From positions 272,544 through 336,543 of the forward strand of contig JBFWVL010000002.1 in the NCBI GenBank assembly GCA_050246755.1: a DNA stretch of 64,000 bases, read 5' to 3'. Numbering within the stretch: position 1 is the stretch's first letter; every line of letters begins with the position of its first letter. Below, in pieces: positions 1 to 8,597 of the stretch. The DNA comes from Bacteriovoracia bacterium. Its GTDB lineage: Bacteria; Bdellovibrionota; UBA1018; CAIPTA01. The notes beneath the pieces are model-generated. The model saw nothing but the letters and a program-made list of their open reading frames with translations. It made no database searches and was not told where the DNA came from. Made by a program: the position numbers and the translations under genes.

Positions 1-21
1 GCCAATTTTTTGGGAGCTAAA

Positions 22-780
22 ATGCTGAAGGTAATCGAAGTGGCGGGAAAAGACGCCGCCGAATTTCTACATCGCGTAACGGCCGGAACCGTAAAAAAAC
101 TTACGGTGGGCCAGGGCGCGCCCGGGCTTTTGCTCAATGGGCAATCACGGATGATCGCGCAGTTCGATCTGCTGCGAGCTGAAAATTCCTACTGGCTCGT
201 AGCCCCGGAGGAATGTGCCGGTGCACTAACGGATAACCTAGAGCGCTTGCATTTTTCCGAAGAGCTGGAAATTCGGAGCCTGCCAGAAAGTGTTTCGGTG
301 GTGAGGGGGGAAGGCAACGCCGAACGGGGAAAAATCTTTTCCTGGGCCACCACCGAAGCCGGTAAGCGCTGGGCTAGCGGAGCCGAGGATTTTTATTTTC
401 AGCAGAGCAATCTGGCCATCGATCCCGAGTGGGATTTTGCCCGCATCGGCGCCGGATTGCCCTGGCCCATAAAAGATTGGGACGAAAGCACTCCCGCGCT
501 CGAAGCCAGCCAGCTCCACGCGATCGACCGAGAAAAGGGCTGCTACCCCGGCCAGGAAGTGGTGGAGCTTTCGCTCAACGTGGGGCATCCGGTGCGTGTA
601 TTGATCGCGGTGGAAGGGGAAGCGGAGCTCATTTCCGGAGAAAAAATCGCGCTGGTTCCTCACGGTGAAGGAAAAGTTTGTTCTGTGGCCGTGCGCGGCA
701 ATATCACCCGCGCACTGGTGCGTGTCCCCTGGAGCGCCCGGGAATCGGCGCCAGCTAATTTTCGTAAAATTCGGGGGTAG
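22..780 (+). CDS. Folate-binding YgfZ/GcvT-family protein (aminomethyltransferase-like)
   Basis: The ORF carries a C-terminal KGCYPGQE motif typical of the YgfZ/GcvT fold. A GGGAG Shine-Dalgarno (SD) sequence lies 5 nt upstream of the ATG at 22, so the TTG at 10 from the ORF track is less likely. Confidence 0.75.
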   Translation: MLKVIEVAGKDAAEFLHRVTAGTVKKLTVGQGAPGLLLNGQSRMIAQFDLLRAENSYWLVAPEECAGALTDNLERLHFSEELEIRSLPESVSVVRGEGNAERGKIFSWATTEAGKRWASGAEDFYFQQSNLAIDPEWDFARIGAGLPWPIKDWDESTPALEASQLHAIDREKGCYPGQEVVELSLNVGHPVRVLIAVEGEAELISGEKIALVPHGEGKVCSVAVRGNITRALVRVPWSARESAPANFRKIRG

Positions 781-828
781 CGCGGAGCCGCTCCCAAAGT
801 TACAATAGCGTTAGGGGAGACGCATCGA

Positions 829-1128
829 ATGCCGCAAGTAAAAGTGAAGCACGCTATCGCCGGGGAAAAGAAAAAAGTATTTGCCGCGGTGAAATCCTAC
901 CTCCAGGGCCGCGATACTCTCTCGAAGCTCGGAGCCGATATCGAGTGGGACGATAAATCCTGCTCCGCCGAAATTTCCGGCGGAAGTTTCGAGGGCAATC
1001 TCGCCGTTACCGAAAAAAGCGGCAAATCCGAAGTCGAGATCACTATCCAGCTGCCCCTCCTCATGACCCCCTTCAAGGGCAAGGTGGAAGAGGAGCTGAA
1101 GAAGCATCTAGGGCGCGTGGAAGTTTAG
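829..1128 (+). CDS. Small conserved protein, resembles the putative polyhydroxyalkanoic-acid-system protein family
   Basis: 99-aa ORF with a GGGGAG upstream. The layout (N-terminal K/H-rich strand, central W-D segment, C-terminal PFKGKVEEEL) resembles the ~90-aa PHA-system family as I remember it. The family call is tentative. Confidence 0.5.
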   Translation: MPQVKVKHAIAGEKKKVFAAVKSYLQGRDTLSKLGADIEWDDKSCSAEISGGSFEGNLAVTEKSGKSEVEITIQLPLLMTPFKGKVEEELKKHLGRVEV

Positions 1129-2666
1129 TTCATCTCCACGGTCTTTAAATCCAGCTTATCCAATGCATTCAGCTTCAGCCCTTTTACGGTGGGCGAAACC
1201 AGCACGTTCAACGAATCGATGAAAAGGGGGATGATCACCACGTCTTTCTCGAGGAGCATGGCCTGTGCATTTTTGTACATCGCGAGGCGCTTGGCCATAT
1301 TGCTTTCACCGGCTGCGGATTCTACGAGTTTGTCGAACTCTTTGCTCTTCCAGTTCGTATGGTTATTGTCGCTGTAGGACGTGAAGAGATCGAGGAAGTT
1401 ATTCGGGTCCGGGTAGTCGGCGCCCCAGCCCATGCGGAACATCGCGGGCACGTCGGTCTTGAGGCGGTTGAGGTAAACCTTCCAGTCTTCGTTCTGGGCG
1501 CGCAGGTGCACGCCGAGGTTGGTCTGCCACATCGATTGTAAGCGCTCGGCGATCACTTTATTATCGTCGCGGGTATCGAACATGAACGTCACTTCCGGGA
1601 AGCCCTTACCGCCCGGGAAACCAGCATCGGCCAAAAGTTTTTGGGCTTTCTTTACATCGAATCCGAGGCCGATATTGGGCTCGTAGCCCGGCATTCCTTT
1701 GGGGACCCAGCTGGTGGTGGGCAGCTGTCCGCCTTTGAGCAAACTCACGATTTGCGAGCGGTCGATGGCGTGGGCGAAGGCTTGGCGCACGCGCACGTCC
1801 TTGAACGGGGCTTTGTCGATATTGAAGCCGTAGTAGTAGCCGCGCAGGAAGGGAGCATTGCGGTAGGCGGGGCTAGCTTTTAGGCGCTCGATCTCGAGGG
1901 CGGGGAGGCGGGAGACATAATGGAGCGAGCCGCTCTCGAACATATTGATGGCGGTGGTGTCCTCGTTCACGATGTAGGCGTTCACCTTTTGGAGCTTCGG
2001 GGCTCCGCCGTAGTATTTGGCGTTGGGTAGGAGCACTACTTTCGAATCATGCTTCCACTCGCCGAGCGTGAAGGCGCCGCTGGTCACCAGCTTGCCTGGG
2101 TCCGTCCATTTATTGCCGTATTTCTCGATCAAATCTTTTCGGATCGGAAAGGTAACGGTGAAGGTAGGGATGGTGGGAAAAAAGGCGGCTGGCTTAGTGA
2201 GCGTGACGACGAAAGTTTTATCATTCACGGCTTTGAAGCCGAGCTTCGAGGAATCCTTTAACTTTCCTTCGTTGTATTCCTTGGCGCCCACCACGGAAAA
2301 AAGAAAATAGGAATATTCCGAAGCCGTTTTCGGATTCAGGAGGCGTTCCCAGGAATCCCAGAAGTGCTGGGCGGTGAGGGGAGTGCCGTCGCTCCACACG
2401 AGGTTATCCCGCAAGGTATAGGTATAGGTTTTTCCGTCTTTGGAAACAGCCCAGCTTTTTGCCAGGGCGGGTTTGGGCTGGAGTTTGTCATCGTAATTGG
2501 CAAGCCCATCCATGAGATTTTGGAGAAGGGTGATCGAAACGTTATCGGTGGCGAGAGTCCAGTCCAGCGTGGGCGGCTCAGAGTGAATGCGAAGGTTGAA
2601 CTCCTGTTTTGCGGCAAGAGCGTTGAGCGAAACAATGGCGGCCAAGATGATCAAAATATTCTTCAC
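1125..2666 (-). CDS. ABC transporter substrate-binding protein, family 5 (OppA/DppA-like), orphan
   Basis: 513 aa with a signal peptide (MKNILIILAAIVSLNALA). The overall sequence looks like a peptide/nickel SBP. No permease or ATPase genes are adjacent. Confidence 0.85.
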   Translation of the reverse strand: MKNILIILAAIVSLNALAAKQEFNLRIHSEPPTLDWTLATDNVSITLLQNLMDGLANYDDKLQPKPALAKSWAVSKDGKTYTYTLRDNLVWSDGTPLTAQHFWDSWERLLNPKTASEYSYFLFSVVGAKEYNEGKLKDSSKLGFKAVNDKTFVVTLTKPAAFFPTIPTFTVTFPIRKDLIEKYGNKWTDPGKLVTSGAFTLGEWKHDSKVVLLPNAKYYGGAPKLQKVNAYIVNEDTTAINMFESGSLHYVSRLPALEIERLKASPAYRNAPFLRGYYYGFNIDKAPFKDVRVRQAFAHAIDRSQIVSLLKGGQLPTTSWVPKGMPGYEPNIGLGFDVKKAQKLLADAGFPGGKGFPEVTFMFDTRDDNKVIAERLQSMWQTNLGVHLRAQNEDWKVYLNRLKTDVPAMFRMGWGADYPDPNNFLDLFTSYSDNNHTNWKSKEFDKLVESAAGESNMAKRLAMYKNAQAMLLEKDVVIIPLFIDSLNVLVSPTVKGLKLNALDKLDLKTVEMN

Positions 2667-2739
2667 GGGTTCTCCTCGTTGCGTTCAGCGCTCGATATCA
2701 CCTTAGAACTCTGGAACAAGCAAAATTTTCTTTTGAAAA

Positions 2740-2757
2740 AAGAATTGAAAAATTCTT
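2740..2757. promoter_or_regulatory. Perfect 7-4-7 inverted repeat AAGAATT-GAAA-AATTCTT in a divergent intergenic region (candidate operator)
   Basis: Read directly from the sequence. It is embedded in a direct repeat TTGAAAAA (2733-2740 and 2745-2752), between divergent oppA-like and 75-aa ORF starts. Confidence 0.25.
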
Positions 2758-2859
2758 GCAAAGCCTCAGAAACTTTGTACGCTTAGGGTTGTCAGAGGAT
2801 GTAAGGGCTTACAACAACGAAATGGATTTCGTTCAAACGGCTCTTACTGGTGGGGGAAT

Positions 2860-3087
2860 ATGGGAAATAAATTATTTAGTGAAGTGACGGAGCTCACGGG
2901 CCTGCCCGAGGAGCTGATTGGCGCAGAGCTAAAATCTCTGCTCGCGAACAAGGGCGTGGCGCCCGAGCAAATGACGATGGAAAGCCTGCGTGAAGCGCTC
3001 GCGGACTATCTCAACCAGGTGGTTACGGAAATGGGAGCGCTCGATGAAGACATGCTCGAGCTCAGCCCTGGTGTAAAAACCAATTAA
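2860..3087 (+). CDS. Hypothetical small acidic protein (75 aa)
   Basis: ORF with a GGTGGGGGAAT SD-like stretch before the ATG, followed by an intrinsic terminator. No family recognised. Confidence 0.5.
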   Translation: MGNKLFSEVTELTGLPEELIGAELKSLLANKGVAPEQMTMESLREALADYLNQVVTEMGALDEDMLELSPGVKTN

Positions 3088-3095
3088 TTCTTTTG

Positions 3096-3122
3096 ACCGC
3101 TCCAAAAGTGGGCGGTTTTTTC
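3096..3122 (+). terminator. Rho-independent terminator
   Basis: Stem ACCGCTC (3096-3102) pairs with GGGCGGT (3110-3116) with one G-U pair and a 7-nt loop. A TTTTTTCTTTT run follows. Confidence 0.6.
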
Positions 3123-3124
3123 TT

Positions 3125-3580
3125 TTATAGCGCCCGCGAAATCTCGAAAATATTTCCCTCGAGGCAACGGAATCCGGCCTTCTCCAGCACGCGAATCGAG
3201 GCGAGATTTTCCGCGTCGGCTACCGCGCGCAGAGCGGGAAAGCGCGCCAGCCCATGCTTCACCAACAACGCAGATCCTTCCGTCGCGTATCCCTTGCCCC
3301 AAGCCCTTTGCGGTAGCATAAATCCCAGTTCCGGAACCGCGAACTCCGTCATCTTCAGCATGAACCAGCCCACGAGCACGCCAGAAGATTCCGCTCCCCA
3401 AACGCCGAGATCGTCGTCGGTAGCGGCCAATAATTTCTCGAGTCGCTCTTCCGTTTTAGCCCGCAACTGCGGCACGCGGAAACCCGTAAACTTCATCACT
3501 TCGGAATCGGTTTCAAGTTCAAGCAAGAAGGGCAGATCGGCCCGCGCAAACCGGCGCAGGACCAAGCGCGAACTCTTCAC
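3125..3580 (-). CDS. GNAT family N-acetyltransferase (RimJ/RimL-like)
   Basis: 151 aa. The N-terminus LVLRRFARADLPFLLEL and the C-terminal ENLASIRVLEKAGF are typical of Acetyltransf_3/GNAT proteins. It overlaps the upstream dus gene by 4 nt. Confidence 0.8.
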   Translation of the reverse strand: MKSSRLVLRRFARADLPFLLELETDSEVMKFTGFRVPQLRAKTEERLEKLLAATDDDLGVWGAESSGVLVGWFMLKMTEFAVPELGFMLPQRAWGKGYATEGSALLVKHGLARFPALRAVADAENLASIRVLEKAGFRCLEGNIFEISRAL

Positions 3581-4599
3581 GGGGAGAGTTCTCCGGCCTC
3601 GGAAATGGCCAGCGCGGCCTCCGGTTCAGGGGTGCCCAGCATCGCCTCCGGCCAGTATCCCTCGAACCACTCGCGCAGCGCCTTCGCCTCTTCGAAATGA
3701 AACACCGTCGCGCGCGCCTTCGCGCCCCCCTTGGTGCCCGCGATATACCAGCCGAGGTGCTTCTTCATCTGCACGAAGCCGAAACGTTCCGGCATATGCT
3801 GCGCGATCAAATCCAGGTGGCGCAGGATCACGCGAAATTTGTAGGCATGCTGCGCCTCGGGCGAAAGAAACTCGAACTCCGAATCGAAAACCCAAGGCTT
3901 ACCCAAAGCCCCGCGGCCGATCATCACGGTCTTGCAGCCGGTCTCGGCCATCATGCGGCGGGCGTCGTCCCAGGTGCGTACGTCGCCGTTGCCCGTCACC
4001 GGAATTTTCACCGCGTCCACCACGAGCTTGATGATTTCCCAAGGGGCTTTGCCCGTATATTGCTGCGAGCGGGTGCGCGGGTGAACCGCGATCGAATCCA
4101 CGCCCTCGAGCTCCGCGATGCGGGCGATCGAAGGCGCATTAATCGTATGATCGTCCCAGCCGCCGCGGATTTTGATCGTGAAGGGGATAGAAATCGCCTT
4201 GCGGATTTCCCGAAAAACTTGCGCCGCCACGAGCTCGTCCCGCATCAGTGCGGAGCCTGCACCGGTCTTGGTAATTTTCGGAACTGGGCAGCCCATATTT
4301 AAATCAATGATGTCTGCGCCGCGATCCGCGAGGATCTTCGCGGCCTCGGCCAATACGCTCGCCTCTCCGCCGAATATCTGCATCGCGATCGGCGTTTCCT
4401 CGGGGAGATAGGCCGCCATGTCGAAGGTTCGTTCGTTGCCGTGCACGAGGGCTTTCGCGGAAATTTCTTCCGAGGTAGTGAGCGAAGACCCCAATTCTTT
4501 GCAGATGAGGCGGAAGGGCGTATTAGAAACGCCCGCCATCGGCGCTAGCCTACAGGGACCGTGTAAGCTAACCGGACCTATTTGCATGTAATTCCGCAT
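3577..4599 (-). CDS. dus: tRNA-dihydrouridine synthase
   Basis: 340 aa with LAPMAGVSNTPFRLICKELG, DLNMGCP and HPRTR motifs of the Dus family. The start could alternatively be the ATG at 4587. Confidence 0.9.
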   Translation of the reverse strand: MRNYMQIGPVSLHGPCRLAPMAGVSNTPFRLICKELGSSLTTSEEISAKALVHGNERTFDMAAYLPEETPIAMQIFGGEASVLAEAAKILADRGADIIDLNMGCPVPKITKTGAGSALMRDELVAAQVFREIRKAISIPFTIKIRGGWDDHTINAPSIARIAELEGVDSIAVHPRTRSQQYTGKAPWEIIKLVVDAVKIPVTGNGDVRTWDDARRMMAETGCKTVMIGRGALGKPWVFDSEFEFLSPEAQHAYKFRVILRHLDLIAQHMPERFGFVQMKKHLGWYIAGTKGGAKARATVFHFEEAKALREWFEGYWPEAMLGTPEPEAALAISEAGELSP

Positions 4600-4730
4600 A
4601 GTGCGGTAAACTAGCCCGGCTTTTTGCTTGGTGTCAATTTCGAAGGTTAGGGTAGAATGAAAAATGGCTTAACCGCCTGGTTGACCGTTCCGATAGGAAT
4701 AATGAGTTAGTGAACTAAGGAGAGAGCACC

Positions 4731-5362
4731 GTGAGCGACGAAAGAACCTATCCTTCCCTGCACATCCCAAACCCTATCGTAATTGAGCAGACGCCTAGGG
4801 GAGAACGTCAGTACGACATTTATTCCCGCCTCATGCTCGACCGGATCATTTTCCTCGGCACCGAGGTAAACGATACCGTATCGAACCTCCTGATCGCCCA
4901 GATGCTCTTCCTGGAAAGTAACGACTCCGAGCGCGACATTCATTTTTATATCAATAGCCCGGGCGGATCCGTATCCGCCGGTCTCGCGATCTACGACGTA
5001 ATGAAGTACGTAAAATGCGATATCAATACCTACTGTATCGGGATGGCCGCTTCGATGGGAGCCTTCCTGCTCTCCGCGGGCACCAAGGGCAAGCGCTATT
5101 CGCTACCTAATTCCCGCATCATGATCCACCAACCGCTAGGCGGCGCTCGCGGGCAAGCTTCCGATATCGAGATCCAGGCTAAAGAGATTCTTTTCCTCAA
5201 GAGACGCCTCAACGAGATGCTCGCCGAGCATACCGGCCAGCCGATTTCGAAGATCGAACAAGACACCGACCGCGACAATTACATGAGCGGCGACGAAGCG
5301 GCCAAATACGGCCTCGTGGATAAAGTTCTCAAACGTCACGACGTGAACTCGAAGGAGAAGCT

Positions 5363-5366
<4 letters not shown>
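4731..5366 (+). CDS. clpP: ATP-dependent Clp protease proteolytic subunit
   Basis: GTG start preceded by AAGGAG. Motifs [14 protein letters not shown], catalytic [11 protein letters not shown] and MIHQPLGG are present. Confidence 0.97.
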
Positions 5367-6676
<1,310 letters not shown>

Positions 6677-6687
6677 GTTTCAAATTG

Positions 6688-6721
6688 GCCGGAACCCTAG
6701 TAGGGGTTCCGGCTTTTTTTA
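6688..6721 (+). terminator. Rho-independent terminator after clpX
   Basis: GCCGGAACCC-TAGTAG-GGGTTCCGGC hairpin followed by T8. Confidence 0.8.
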
Positions 6722-6743
6722 TGCCTGAATAGAAGGGGATTTT

Positions 6744-7211
6744 ATGCTGTTTGTTTCTCTCTTGATCGCCACCGTGAGTTTCGCCGCCGCGCCGAAATTC
6801 GAAGGTATTTATTCCCAGGCGATGCAGTACCGCATGGGTATGAGCGATTCCGACTGCGCCCAAGCCGGGGGTAAGTTCGAGGAGGGCGGTTGCCGCCTCG
6901 TGGGTACCAATACCTTGCAGATCCAGGATACCGGCGACGGGAAGAACTTTAACGTTTCCTTCGCGATCCAAGGCTCCAGCGGAAACGAATGCAGCGCCGA
7001 GCTGCTCATGAAAGCCAAAGGAAATAAGTTAATCCCCAGCGCTAAGCTAAAGGGCGCTTCCGCCGGGCATAAGCTCACGCTGGTGCTCAAAGGCGACGAG
7101 CTCGAGGTGCAGGAAAAGCTTGGCGCCGCGGAGCTTGAGGAGAATCATTCTCCCGGATGCGGAGTAGATTCTTTCCTCAGCGGCAACGGCCATAAGTTCG
7201 AGCGCAATTAG
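6744..7211 (+). CDS. Hypothetical secreted protein (155 aa, 4 Cys)
   Basis: Signal-peptide-like N-terminus MLFVSLLIATVSFAAA with a GAAGGGGA SD. No family recognised. Confidence 0.6.
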   Translation: MLFVSLLIATVSFAAAPKFEGIYSQAMQYRMGMSDSDCAQAGGKFEEGGCRLVGTNTLQIQDTGDGKNFNVSFAIQGSSGNECSAELLMKAKGNKLIPSAKLKGASAGHKLTLVLKGDELEVQEKLGAAELEENHSPGCGVDSFLSGNGHKFERN

Positions 7212-7279
7212 TACCGTCTTGACAGGGGAGGCCCTTCCGCACTAAGTTCGGTTAAACCGTACTTTAGGGAGTAAGCCAC

Positions 7280-7525
7280 ATGGCCCGCGTTACCGTAGAA
7301 GATTGCCTTCGCTTTGTTCGTAACCGCTACGAGCTCGTTCACCTGTGCACCAAGCGCACCCGCCAGCTTTTCCGCGGCGCGGATCGCCTTGTGCAGTGCA
7401 AAAATAACGAAGTAGTGACTGCCCTCCGCGAAATCGCCGCTGGCAAAGTACGCTTCCAAATCTTCGAAGCCCGCACCGCGGCCGCTGCCGAAGAAGCCAA
7501 TCCCACTTCTACCCTGACCCAGTGA
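7280..7525 (+). CDS. rpoZ: DNA-directed RNA polymerase subunit omega
   Basis: MARVTVEDCL..NRYELV...RTRQL N-terminus typical of RpoZ. Confidence 0.9.
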   Translation: MARVTVEDCLRFVRNRYELVHLCTKRTRQLFRGADRLVQCKNNEVVTALREIAAGKVRFQIFEARTAAAAEEANPTSTLTQ

Positions 7526-8529
7526 AATTCCTTGGTCTCCTGATCTTAGGCTTCTCTCTTACGGCAATGGCCGCAGAGAAGCCTAAAGCTCCCGCTACGC
7601 CTTCCACGCCTGCCATTCCTTACCTCGGCCCCGGCGCCGATAAAATGTCGGCCGAAGAGTACGAGCGCGTTTATAAGAACTATATTCAAACGAGCATTCT
7701 GCTCGGATATCCCCTGATCCGCGACCAACGGGCCCCCTGCGACCAAGCTCTCAACGCCATCTTCCGTCAAATGGGAATGTTCTCCTATCCCGTGCCGGGC
7801 GACGCCCAGCAATTAGTGAAGCACACGAAAACCGTAAAAGGCTTTAAGGTAGAGACCTATGAAATGGGCGGCAGCCTCATCCAAGTTCTACGCGACGGAA
7901 AAAAAGAAGGGCTCCTAAAGCTCATCCTCGTGAACTCCGCTTCATCCCGCGCTTCCCGCAAGCTTTCCCAGATCGCCCGCAACGATATCATCGATCTTGA
8001 GCGCGATCCCAAAACCGGCCTCGAGCGCGTGAAGGGCGTACCGGTAGGTTTCCCGCATCCCTTTCTTTCGAAAGAAGCCCAGGGGCTTTTTGTGAAAACC
8101 CTGCGCTTCAACGGCAAGGTGGATGGCTGCGAGCCCGTTGAGTTCCTCGACAACGCCTGGGTAGGGGGCTTCGAGCTCAGTGAAGCGCGCTGCGTGGAGC
8201 TCCAGGACGATGCCAGGAAAGTATGGGACGCGCGCATGAGCACCGAGGATTTCTATAAGCGTGAACTTACGCGCATGCGCGACAAAGGCGTGAAGGAAGC
8301 CATGAAGGGCGGCCTCAAGGAAGACGAAGCCCGTGAGCTGGTAAACAAACACTATACGTTGCCGATCACGAGTGAGATCAGCGTGGTGGGTTCGGCCATG
8401 CAGAACCTGGCCCAGTGCAATCTCGTGGCGCTGGGGCACGCGGGAGCTAAGCCCAAAGAAGGCGCACCGGCCGGTTCCGGTGATGGCAATAAAGACGGCG
8501 CGGCCAAGGGTTCGGGGTCGGCGGAGTAG
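7522..8529 (+). CDS. Hypothetical secreted protein (335 aa)
   Basis: The GTG start overlaps the rpoZ TGA (GTGA). Signal peptide MKFLGLLILGFSLTAMAA, and a Gly/Lys/Ala-rich C-terminal tail. No family recognised. Confidence 0.65.
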   Translation: MKFLGLLILGFSLTAMAAEKPKAPATPSTPAIPYLGPGADKMSAEEYERVYKNYIQTSILLGYPLIRDQRAPCDQALNAIFRQMGMFSYPVPGDAQQLVKHTKTVKGFKVETYEMGGSLIQVLRDGKKEGLLKLILVNSASSRASRKLSQIARNDIIDLERDPKTGLERVKGVPVGFPHPFLSKEAQGLFVKTLRFNGKVDGCEPVEFLDNAWVGGFELSEARCVELQDDARKVWDARMSTEDFYKRELTRMRDKGVKEAMKGGLKEDEARELVNKHYTLPITSEISVVGSAMQNLAQCNLVALGHAGAKPKEGAPAGSGDGNKDGAAKGSGSAE

Positions 8530-8597
8530 CTTTTCCGCCTGTGCGCCCATTAATACTGGATTTTTACGCAGCGCTTAGCCGGCGCCGGAGTCGTCCC

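Noticed and set aside
3093-4031. 312-aa Arg/Pro/Ser-rich plus-strand ORF across the GNAT and dus genes
   Set aside because: It is antisense to two genes with clear family motifs, and its composition is typical of an out-of-frame GC-rich translation.
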